A stretch of 64,000 nucleotides of DNA from Gordius albopunctatus (taxonomy: Eukaryota). Below, in pieces: positions 41,001-53,000 of the stretch. Each line of letters starts with the position of its first letter. Positions within the stretch are counted from its first letter, which is position 1. The position numbers were made by a program, and so were the translations under genes. The stretch spans positions 11,656,001 to 11,720,000 of the forward strand of contig OZ193909.1 in the NCBI GenBank assembly GCA_964276515.1, written 5' to 3'. The notes below the pieces were generated by a model, which was not told the origin of the DNA, made no database searches, and was given only the letters and a program-made list of their open reading frames with translations.

Positions 41001-44000
41001 GTGTGTAGTGATCACCTAACCCTAGATTAAGGTTTCCCGAGGTCCAACCTGAGGTCGGTTTTACGTTGTAAAAAACCTTATAACCTTTTTCAACACCCAA
41101 ACCTGAAGCTAAGATTGATCCCAAAAATCAGCCTGAAAACCCTTAAGGTCAATTATACACCCAACCTGAAACCGCATGATGACCTCATTGACAAATTCGT
41201 TATTTTTATTATGATAAATTTAGGTATGAATTTTATATTTTAAATATTTTCCTTTCTTCAGGATGCATTTTTTTCCATTTATTATTGAAGGAAAAAGATA
41301 TTGGTGTTAATATTAAAAAATTTTGAGAGATTATCAATTAATATATGTTTATGTATTTTATAAAAAAAACTCATCATTGTTTTATACGTTATTCTTAAAT
41401 TTAATAAATTCTTTACACGTTATTATATTTGTGCTGCCCAGTGTAACCTGTAGGTGACACCCCTTTTTTCTCAAAGTAAATAATTTTTTCGAAATTTTTC
41501 AATTGTTTAGCTTTATTTAGCATGTAAGAAAGCCCAGAAAAAAATTCCATAAACATTTTTTCGGCCGAACTAGTTTTGACAAGACAGTGTAACTTTTAGG
41601 TGACGCAGCTTTAAAACCACTTTTCTCAAAAACTACTGAAGATAAAAACATTTTTTAAATTAAATTTGAAAGAAAGAATTGCGATAAATCAGCTGATATA
41701 ATTTCATAACTCATTCTTCCTTCCTTCGTGAATTATTCTCATTCAAAAATCGCAAAATCTGCATTAATCTACCCGGAATAAATAATTTTGTTGAAGATGA
41801 CTATTTTAAAACAACTCTCAAAAAATATTTTAGTAGTGGGGCTATTTAGAGCGGGTCTATAATTATCTCTAATTCATTCATACATTAAAAACGGTGCAAA
41901 CTTACAAATGTAAAACAAATTTGTACGAGAAAATGAAATGAAAATAAACAAGTATTTTATCAATATATGGTCAAATTTGTTAAGGTTAGGTATTTGGCTT
42001 ATCAAATGGCAGTACAATTTAATTTATCAATGCCTAATTCATGGGTAGAATATGAATATGAAGATTGGTTTTCATCTTTTATTCAAAGACCTGATTTCAT
42101 TAAGGACTCTAGAACTAACATGATATTATATTTATATGCAATAAATTTAAATCTTAATTCCATTTCATGATTGTCAAGTTTATGTGACACCTTTATATTA
42201 ATAAAGCATTTAAATCAATGATTTCAACATAACAATCTCTGTAAAAACACATTTACCTTATAAATTTGTTTATGAAGCTTTATAAGCTATAAAAGACAAA
42301 CTTAATATTTAACAATATTATAAAATATCATAACGAAGATAAAAAATATGAATTTAAATAAACAATTATTATGGTGCAATTATACTATTTAGCAAAGATC
42401 ACTAAAATAATTTGACGACTTTTTTTAAAATTAAAATAATGATATTAAATCAAAATTTAAACCATGTGTATTTTTCCATAAGGCATAAGTAAAAAAATTT
42501 TTTGTTTAGAAAAAGCGATTTTTCGGGGCTATTAGTAGCCTTTAAATTTTTTTTTATTTTGCACATAAAATTTTTTTGGCTGAATATTTTGGATTGCTTT
42601 AACTTTTATATGCAAAATAACATCTTAAATTATTAATTGTTTATGAAAACAGGGGTCGGGGCTAGTCGGAGAGGGGCTGTTGCTAGCCATTTTTCATTGT
42701 GTCTTACAAATAAAAAGATTTAAAAAACAAAAAATTTTGTTTAATAATCTAACTGAGTGTTATTTGGAATAGAAATCGACTATGATTATACATTATAAAA
42801 TGACTAAAAGTTATTTTCCATTGCTAAATCCGTCTTTTAGGTGTTCCTAAGTCAGATTGTCATCTTGACCCTTTTTTATTTGTTTTATAAAAAAGATAAT
42901 CATATTACATTTGCATTTTCAACATTTTTCATAATGAAACAATATTTTTATTGATTTGAGTTAGCAGACACTAATAAGAAGTGAAAACGTCAGAGTTAAT
43001 CTAGCGGCTATGACTAGCCCCGGGCATTTTCAATTTTTTTGGATTTTTGTTTTTAACTTAATTTGTGAGAAAACTATTACTTATTTCCCTCCAAATTTTT
43101 TTCCTATAGTAAAAATAGATCTTAAAAATATATTCCAACAAAAAAATTGGAAAGATTGTTTTTAGTTTTTTTAAAAACTCGATTTAATTTTTTATGGCTA
43201 AAGTAGCCCCGGTCTCCCCTAGTTATATTATCCTTAAAATTAGTTAATTTAGGGGTTAAAGTCCGTTTACGCGGTTGTCCGTATTTTTTAAAATAATTTT
43301 TCACTATCTCTTTTTAAATTACATATTGTAATTTTCCCCTATTGTAGCAATATAGTAGCCATGCATTTTCGCATGCAGTATATCCTGCCCAAATGCAAAT
43401 AAAGGAAAATACCATTTTCTGCTGCTAAATGATAATCTAGTTGCATCCATATTTTAGTCAAAGCGGTCGACACCGCCCAAAAAACAATTAGACATTTTGA
43501 TCGTATGAGGATATTGAATTACAATTTTTTATATATTTTTTCCGCTTTCGTGATTCTTGCAATAGAGGTGATAGGCTTGACCCCATGGCAATTTGACAAC
43601 ACTGTGCCAATATTATTATCATTCCATCGGATCAAATAAATGTTTTTTGATAGAAACCCTCGTTCATTTACATCGATGATCAGGCATTTTAAACGATTGA
43701 CTCACACCATTCCTGAGTCCCCAATATTTGTGGCTCGTAAAAAAATTATCGAAATTTCTAAGTGGTAGTTGATTTACTAAGTATAATATGACCGCTCCTC
43801 CTAAACTTATTTCGTTTTGTCGAGTTACGGAAAATTTAGCCCCCTGGTAAGGTTGAAATGTGACAAGGTAACCATTTTTTATTGCAGCACAACACATATT
43901 ATGGCCGAAACGAAAAGGCTTGCCTTTTAAAAATTGTTTTGCATTATGGTGCCCGAAATAAAGATCCATACACTCTTCCATGGATATGTGAGAAGAGCTA

Positions 44001-47000
44001 CGATGTTCAAAGTTGCTTTTGAACTTTTCATTTAAAAGATCCATATAATCTCGACTTTGAAAAAGTGTCAACCTTTACCAATTTACTCTTGTCGGTCAAA
44101 TGTAAATATTTAGTAATTTCTTGGAAGCGATTCTACGCATTCCATAAGATACCATTTGGTTAAAACAGTCAGCTCTGAGCTTCCAAAACATTTTAATATT
44201 TTTAGGAAACAAGTAGCCCGTTTAAAAGAGAATTGAGATATAGACTTTAAATTCATTAACATTTAAATTGAGGTTGTAGTTATGCTGAGAAGCATATAAA
44301 TTACTAATATTCACCACATACAAAATAACATCATCTGAGAAAAATTGTTTCAAGTGCCATCGATATATTAAAAAAATTTCATAGAGTGGGTTGGAATTCG
44401 AGCCCTGCATAGGTGACCCGACTAATTTATATGATTCCAATGTTAAACTTAATTGAGATTTTTTAGAACCACAATACCGTAGAAGTTCCTAAGGAATTCA
44501 CTATATCTCAGAGCCTCTTTTTTACGGTATTATCGTTTCTCTCGCGCAGGCACAACCTCTGCCACTCGTTGCCATAAAATTTATATCCCCTTTCTCCCTG
44601 CCATTGTATATGCCCAGAAAGGTTCCCTCTAAAAGTGTTGATAATATTGCCCTTAACAAATTCTTCTCTAAGTACACTTCCCAAATCAACACCCCCGGCA
44701 ACATGAACTCCCCCAATGATAAAGAGTCCGTCACGGCCAGAACAGGAGGCAACGCCACAGATTCAGCGATGAGGCTGATCTTGAATAGGCTAGCCGAAAT
44801 GGATGCCAAGATTGACAATAGACTCCTGGGAACTAGCGGAGAAACGATCAATGCGGATGATCGGCCGCATTGGGCGCCTACTGCGCAGACCGAGTCAGTG
44901 ACCATGACTCGAGCCGAATTGGATGCTCTCTTGGCCAGTGAAAAAGCTAGGGCTGCCAATGTTCCCACTTCAAGTGGAGAAATTTTGAAACTTCGCCTCA
45001 AAGGCCTGAGGGAGGCTATCGAGACCAACTATTCTATGCCAGCGCATCAAAAGCACGAGGCGGAATTCCTCCTCAGCCTTGGCGATACCATCAATGACTA
45101 CGATAAGACTATAGACAAATTCTCGGACAGAGTTCGCACCATCGCCATGGCCTCATACTATGGATGGCAAGCGGTGACGGGGAAATCCAAAGACTGGGCC
45201 GAAAAAATGGGAATGGGGCAATATACGGAGCCCGTTCAGCTTTTTCGGCAAACTCCTCGCTTCAATGCTCGAGGAAGAAGGGCTCTTACCAAAAAGGGCA
45301 GGCTCCGTCTAGGACGGAGCGAACGTAATAACGTAAGGACGGTAGCGGCGACCCTCGGCAGCGGTGTTAACCCGCCGAGGTCGGCGAGGGATGGTACTAC
45401 CCCTCCATGGCTTAATAACTACACTGCCATTGCAAGGAGTATCGGTTTAAACACCATCTCTCCCGACGATGGCCCGGAGTTGGAGGAACCGATTCACCCT
45501 TCCGACACGCCGCTACCTGAACGTACGAATGTGCCGGGGCATCTCCTTGATCAATGGACGGAGGTGGGTTTGGATAGCGACAACCCACCTATCATTAGCG
45601 AGCCGTCCAATATTCCCTCCTTCCCCTCCCACCCCCTCTCATCATTCACCAATTTTAACCAACCATTATCCATCCGAACCTCCATCCTCAAACCACATTA
45701 CATGCAATCCCGCTTCACACGGAACATTGCGAAAAAAGGGTTCAAGCCCAGGCTTTCCCGAGTGGCCATTGCAGCTAACAATGGAAGGTATCATATCCCC
45801 CGTTACGTCAAAGCAATTCCAACCGAGCACAAGAGACTGATGGGGGCCAGTTTCTCCCCATTCGTCCTTCAACAAATCATGCTCGACCTTTGCAAGAAAG
45901 CGGTTACAAAAAGCAAATACAATGTCTACTTGGACGACATCCTGATTTACGGACGTTCAAGCACCATGGTAAAAGCGGACACACGTAGATTCCTGTATAT
46001 GTCCAAATGCTGGAATTTGACGATCAACAGGAACAAATCATCGCTGGAACCAGTAAAAGTCATCGACTATCTAGGTATCAACGTCGATTTGGAAAGTCAT
46101 ACTCTTCGGGTCAACCCCAATTCATCACCAAAATCGATGCCGCAATCTAAATAATGAGCCACTTCATTCTCACAGGAACCAAGCCACACCCGTTAGTTAC
46201 ACAAACTTGTCTGGGTATTCTCACTCACTATATTTACATGTTAACCGGGTGGTCCACACCTGCTTACAACATCATGCTAGCTGGAGAACCCACCACGTTC
46301 AATATGGACTGGCTGTTGAAGAAGATCTTTATGATCCAAAATCACTTGTCCACTCCATTCGCCATAAAACACAGTCCCAACGGTTTCACAGCCGGCGACG
46401 CCTCCACCTCTCATATTGGCTTATTCTACAGAGGATCTATCCTCTCCATCGCCAAAGGAGATGCGTTGGCCATCTTCGGCTGCCACGATCTAATCCCCAC
46501 GATCAATCTCTTGGAACTCGTCGCAATCCCACTGGCGTACATCAAGGCCGCGGTTGATACCCCTCACATCACTCCCAAAGTCATTACCGACTCCAAAACA
46601 GCGTTTTACATAGTCAAAAAAGGGGCAGCTCACGCAATACACTTGGAGCTTGCTTTCGGCATAATCTGACACACTATGGGCCTCGACCATATGTTACGAA
46701 TTAAACAGAACCTGGAATGGGTTGGTACGGATCACAATCCGGCTGACGTTCCTTCTAGAGAAAGTTTCTTCGACGACGACCAATTAGGAAGGCTGGTGTA
46801 TTGGGCACGCTCGAACATTTCATCCCGACAGAACAACACCTCATTTGCTTAACCACAATACCGTAGAAGTTCCTAAGGAATTCACTATATCTCAGAGCCT
46901 CTTTTTTACGGTATTATCGTTTCTCTCGCGCAGTCACAACCTCTGCCACTCGTTGCCATAAAATTTCTCGCGCGCGATTTATTCTTAGATGTCTTCACAT

Positions 47001-50000
47001 TTTTCTTGGAGTTGACCCGAAGAGTATGACTTTCCAAATCGACGTTGATACCTAGATAGTCGATGACTTTTACTGGTTCTAGCGATGATTTGTTCCTGTT
47101 GATCGTCAAATTCCAGCATTTGGCCATATACAGGAAGCCAGTTTCATTAAAAAAATTTAAGAATAGATCAAAAAATTACGAAAATGTGACAAAATTTATG
47201 ATTTTGAGCCAGACAGTTCGAACAGAATTAATAAATTGGGCATTAGAATGGTTTGGGTTGGCCCCGGGCAATTTCGTTATTAAAACCATGATGGGTTCAG
47301 GCAGAAAAATTTATAACAAATAATTAATGATAAGGGCATTAATTATATGTATAGAATAAGCAACGTTATAATAAATAGTCATTTGTTTTTCATTTGCCCA
47401 GCGCTGTTTACAAAAACTGAAGGAAGGTTTAGTCACTTGATAAATTAAATATTTTATATGATTTTTTTAACTGCTCTATAAGCTTGTTTTAAAATAAAAA
47501 AATTAAATATATTTTCTTTATCTTTTTTAGCTCTTCTTTAAGCTTGAATTATTTACCTCTTTTATATCATTAATGAGATCATAATTACACACGACTATTA
47601 CAATTATCTTTTATTCAACGATAAATTATCCAATGTATCAAAACAAATTAAACCATTTATATTTATGAATTCTGTGCCCAATTATTATGGCATAGAAAGT
47701 CTTGATCTCTTCTTTGTAACAATATCGCCCGCTTCGACAAAACTTTTTCCGCAGCTATAAAGGATGCTTGTTGACAGAAAAAAGACCGAACCATTTTACT
47801 TAGATTTGGCAATTTAATAGGGATCACCACGAATTCGAATTCTGGCTTTTTGCGAGTAGAGATTTCATCAAATCCCATATTAGAATCTAATCTAAAGAAT
47901 TACAAGGTATTATAAATCAATTTATATTACGTTTTTTGGTCCTTTCGAGTTTTGATATTATTTATGTGTTATCCACAACTGCCTACCTTTTTTATATTCG
48001 GTTTCCAAAATAGTTTTAAATTTGAAATGATGACTTTCTAATGTAGAGCTACTGGCATAATTTCATTCTTGATCCTTGGATCCAAGAACATGCGTAATTA
48101 CCAAAATTAGCCACATGTCTTATCTAACTATTTAGCCTTTTAATCATTATATCCGCGGCTGTTTTTATTAAATCGTTCTCTATAATTACTTTCCTACCTT
48201 CTAAATCTTCAATCATATTTTTATTTTCAAAATAAAGTAACACTGATCCCACAGTATTTGTTTTCTGCGAAGACATTTACTCCGTATCTTCGTTAGAAGA
48301 TCCTCTACTTCTGTTAAGATACCCATTTCATCTTTGAAAGAATCAAGTCCTGATTATTTATCTTTTTATAAATAATTAAATAGATTTATAATGTGGCACG
48401 CACATATAGGGTGATAAAGCTTTTATCATCAAGTCAACAGCCGCGTTTTTGTTGGCTGCGTTGTAAGTCGTTATGGAAATTATATTTGGAGGATATTATA
48501 GAATCCATGACATTTTTCATTTCTTTGTATAATTATATGGAAGTGTGAGGATAGGTGTTTTCCAAAATATCAAGAAGTATCGAAATATACTGCCAAGTTC
48601 GTGTATAAAGTGCGAGTAATATATGAATCTCCAATCAACCGCAGTTATTGATTTTTTAAATTTTATTTGTTTAAAATAAGTTCAACTTTGTTCTACCGTT
48701 CTGAAAACAAACTGCTCAATTCATTTTTCGCACTATTTTTTGATCAAATTTGAATATTGGCATTTATATGTTGAAGCAGGCCCGAAATATTTGGGCAATC
48801 AAAAACCTTGATTGTAAAATTGTCATTAATTACGAAATTTTTAAAGTTTTGGGTCATAATGACCCCCTTTACTATCCTTATCAGTATTTTGACATCTACA
48901 AGGGGTTAATCAACTTATATTTGAAAATTGGAAAGCTTTCCTTTTAATTTTATGTCATTTTAAGATTGGGGTTCGATATAGCACACAAATCTGACAAAGT
49001 TAGATATTTGCACAAGTACTCTCGAAGGCTAAAATTTTATCCATTTTAATCTAGCTAAAATTAATGTGTCGCCATTAAATAGTATGTGTATATATACCAA
49101 CTTCTAGTAATTATTATTTATCAACCCCTAAAAATTCAAGAAAAAAATGCGCCAAATGTTCAAAATATTTAGCGCAAAAACTTCTTCAAGTATAATATTT
49201 GTCGCAATTTAATTAAATAAATTTTTAATTATCAATTCCAATATGAGTTTATATATATATATATTTGCTAGGTAATATTAAAGAACATTTTGAAAAGCAT
49301 CATGGGAAAATCTTTCTTTCGAATAATAATTTTTTAAGTAACAAACTTCTAACCAAAGATCAAAATTTATCAATAAATCAAAAAATTTTGAATTTCGTAA
49401 TTAACGATAACTTATCCATAAAGGTTTTTGAAAGTCCTAATTTTCGGATCTGCTTTTACACATAAATGCCAATATTGAAATTTGGTCAAAAAATACTGCA
49501 AAATATATTAAGCCGTTCGTTTTCAGACAAGCAGGGTAAAGTTAAAATTATTTGAACAACTTAATTTCAAAAATATCCATAACTACGGATGTTTGGAGGT
49601 TTATAAATAATCGTTTATATGTAGCTATTACCCCGCACTTTATAGATGAACTATGGAAACCTATTTCGATACTTCTCGATATTTTCGAGACTGTGAAAAG
49701 TGTCCCGGAAAATTATAATATACTCCAAAATATAATTTCCATCACGACTGACAACGCGGCAAACGAAATCGCTGCTGTTGACTTGATGATAAAATACATG
49801 AAAGAAAGAAATATCGATATTTACCGCAATAGATGTGCGTGCCACATTATAAATCTTGTAGTTAAAGAGGGGTATTGGAAATTGATGCACCGTTTAAAAG
49901 AAATATATTATGTGGTTCGGTTATTACGAAAATCTTCTTTTTTAAGTGAGGAGTATTACAAAAAGACGAACAAACAATTACCCGTTGGAACTCTACCTAT

Positions 50001-53000
50001 ATTATGTTAGCTGCAGCTAATAAAGTATATTGTCGATATATAAATTTAATAATCTTTATAGAATATAGCATGCTTGAATTTTATTATTGATAAAAAAAAT
50101 AAATAATCAGCACGTGGTATTTTTAAATGATGAAATTGGTATCTTAAGGGAAGTAGAGGGCCTTCTAAAACTTTTCTACGAAGATAAGGACGAAATGTCG
50201 TCACAGAAAACATATACTGTGGGATCAATGTTGCTTTATTTTGAAAATATGATTGAAGAGTTAGAGAGTAGGGAAATAGTCATAGAGAACAATTTAATAA
50301 AAACAGCCGCGGATAGAATGATTACAAAGCTAAATAGTTACATAAGACAGGTGGCTAATTTTAAAAATTACGCATATTCTTTCTTGGATCCAAGTATCAA
50401 GAATGAAATTATGCCAGTTGGCTTCACAATTAAAATGTCATCATTTCAAATTAAAAACTTCATTTAAAACCCAATATAAAAAAGGACAGGCAGTTGTGGA
50501 TGACACAAAAATATCAAAATTTGAAAGGATTGTTACCAAAAAAAGTAATATAAATTGATTTATAATACCTTGCAATTATTTAGATTAGATTCTAATATGG
50601 GATTTGATGAAATCTCAGAGTGTTCGCTAAAAGCCAGAATTCGAATTCGTGGTGATCCTTACGCGTGGTGGGCCGTCAATGGCGTTGAATGGTATTTTCT
50701 CTGTCAACAAGCATCCTGCGTAGCTGCTGAATGAATTTTTTCGAAAGCGGGGGATATTGTTACAAAGAAAAGATCTAGACTTTCTTCTGGTACTTTAGGT
50801 TATATATTATGCCTTAATTATTGTTCGCAGAAATTACAGATATAAATGGTTTTATGTTGGATAATTTATAGTTTAATAAAAGATAAGTAAAAGTCGTGTG
50901 TAATTATGTCCCATTAATAAACACAGGTCTACACAAAAATTAACCTGCAATCAAACCTAAAGTCCTGATAGAGAATTTTGCGCTGAATAATATTTTTTAG
51001 TTTTTTTCCATAACTTCCAATTTTGTAGATAAACGAGGTTGAAGATGCAAAAATGTCCATTTTACCCTTTTTCGAGAGGCTCAATTGTTACATTTATAAT
51101 TTATATACAAAAATATTTAAAGTCCATTATTTTATTCTTTATATCACCCTTATATTTAAATTTATTCGCTTAAGAATTGTATAAGAAAACAAATAAGGGT
51201 GAGGATTTAATTTCCACGCAATTAAAAGGATCTTTTTATTATAAAAATTTACTTAAACTTATACATAGCAATATATCACTTATCACAACAATATTATGCA
51301 AATCCCTTTTTTTAATTATTTATTAATTGAGTTAAAAATATTTCGCTATATCACAATATAGATTTTTTTGTTAGATATTAATTAAATTTTACTAAAATAT
51401 CTTAATTATTATATTTAATAAATTACATGGAACCAAATATCTTGTGTAAGTTATTTATACTTAATTCATAATAATTTTAAATAAATTTCATCAGTTATGA
51501 CCTATTTTTTAATATTTCCTAAGATAAAATTCATGCTATGGTTTAAAATTTTTTCGATTCTATACGATATTCCTTTTCGTTTCTCCCTGCTCCCTCCCCT
51601 ATTCATATTTAGAAAATAAAGTGTGATTTGTCTATTGGGCAGCAAACGTTCTCTGGTGTTTTTCTAATAATCTCGCTATGTGACCCAGAGACCAGATTGC
51701 CCGGCCCACCTAAATTTTTATTTTCGGGCGGGCCCGGGCGGGCGGCACGAAGATAGGATTCTGGCAATTCGGGCTTAATAAGATTTTTTAAATAGTGTAT
51801 TATTTTGTTACTTTTTATTTTATTGCATATTAAAATGCTAAAAAAGTTTAAAAACTTGATTTCGCCATCACAAAGTTTCTCCAATTAACTTTTATTATTT
51901 CCTTATTATTCGTCGCTTTCGTTAAATTACTAGTTATTTTCATGATAAAAATTTCTATACCTTTCTTTTTTTGCTTTAAGTTAAAAGAATTATCCATAAA
52001 TTGCATTTAAATTCTATTGATAAATTATTGTCTTTTTATCAAAAAAGTAAGTTTTAACAGAGCACAGATTGACTAATTCAACTAGTTTTATTCATTAAGA
52101 AGTTTATTTATGGGTAGGGCAAACGGGTTAACTCAAAAGGGGAGTATAATTTTGTTTATTGTAATATTATTTATTAAATATGTAAACTTTAAAGTTAATT
52201 AAAAAATTTCTACATAAATATTTTCATGGACTTGTTTTATGCCATTAATTTAATGCTTATTTTTTAATTGTTGTTGTAGAATTTGAGATCGTAAAATTTC
52301 GGGCCTAACAGGCAAATTTAATATTTCGGGCCGGGCAGCTTTAATGTTTCGGGCGGGCCCGGGCTGGCAATGAAGTTAAAAAATTGAACCGGGGCGGGTT
52401 CGGGCATAAAATTCCTAAAAAATCTGACCTCTGATGTGACCCGTTAAATTCATTTTTCTGCTTTTGTAATAATAGTGTGTTTATTTCTGTGATTTTACCT
52501 GTTCCACATCTTTTAACGCTAATTCTATCAATTATTCATTTCAACATACGCATACTACAACATATTTATAAAGTAATATAGTAATATTATTGGAAATTTA
52601 ATTAAATAACTTTTTATCACTTATAAGTAGAGCTGTTAAAGTTCATCTTAGATATGAACTAGTTCAAGTTCATCCAAAAAAAACGAACTAGTTCAGTTCT
52701 TGGTTCAAATTTTACAAAATTAATTAGTTCAAGTTCAGTTCATTTTTTTTAATATTATAGAAATTTAATCAAGTTGAAAAACGTTTTATCTGATCCAAAA
52801 TTAGTTTTTTAATCTAAGTCTAATCAGTAATTATACAATTCTATGAATCAAATATTATTTGATGATGAAGTTTAATTATTTTAACCTATTATTATTTATT
52901 TTAGATTAAAAATAGTCTATTATAAAATCCAATTTAATTAACAATTTCATATAAAGCTTTTTTATACACAACTAAATAAGCTACATGTATAAAACCTTTA

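Larger units (their letters stand above)
44467..47136 (+). mobile_element. DIRS/hepadna-like retroelement, copy B: gag-like, spacer, RT, RNase H; direct terminal repeats; no integrase or recombinase seen
   Basis: 116-bp direct repeats at 44467-44582 and 46851-46966. Reading frame from ATG 44703 to TAA 46850-46852, with a frameshift near 46120 and two internal stops. Motifs [39 protein letters not shown]. 47006-47136 is the reverse complement of 45990-46120. Confidence 0.9.

Noticed and set aside
44551..44565. acctctgc resembles HBV DR1 (ttcacctctgc), and ttcac lies in the hairpin loop
   Set aside because: An 8-nt match is expected by chance at this evolutionary distance, and no second DR copy was seen within the unit.
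45469..45840. 123-aa ORF overlapping the spacer/RT, like a hepadnaviral surface gene
   Set aside because: No transmembrane segments and no visible similarity to the overlapping ORF in copy A.
46207..46557. Overlapping ORF containing HSIR, resembling the tyrosine recombinase HxxR motif
   Set aside because: No upstream Arg box or convincing GRW/Tyr context. His/Arg/Gln-rich composition is typical of an alternative frame, and it is too short. An HMM scan would settle it.
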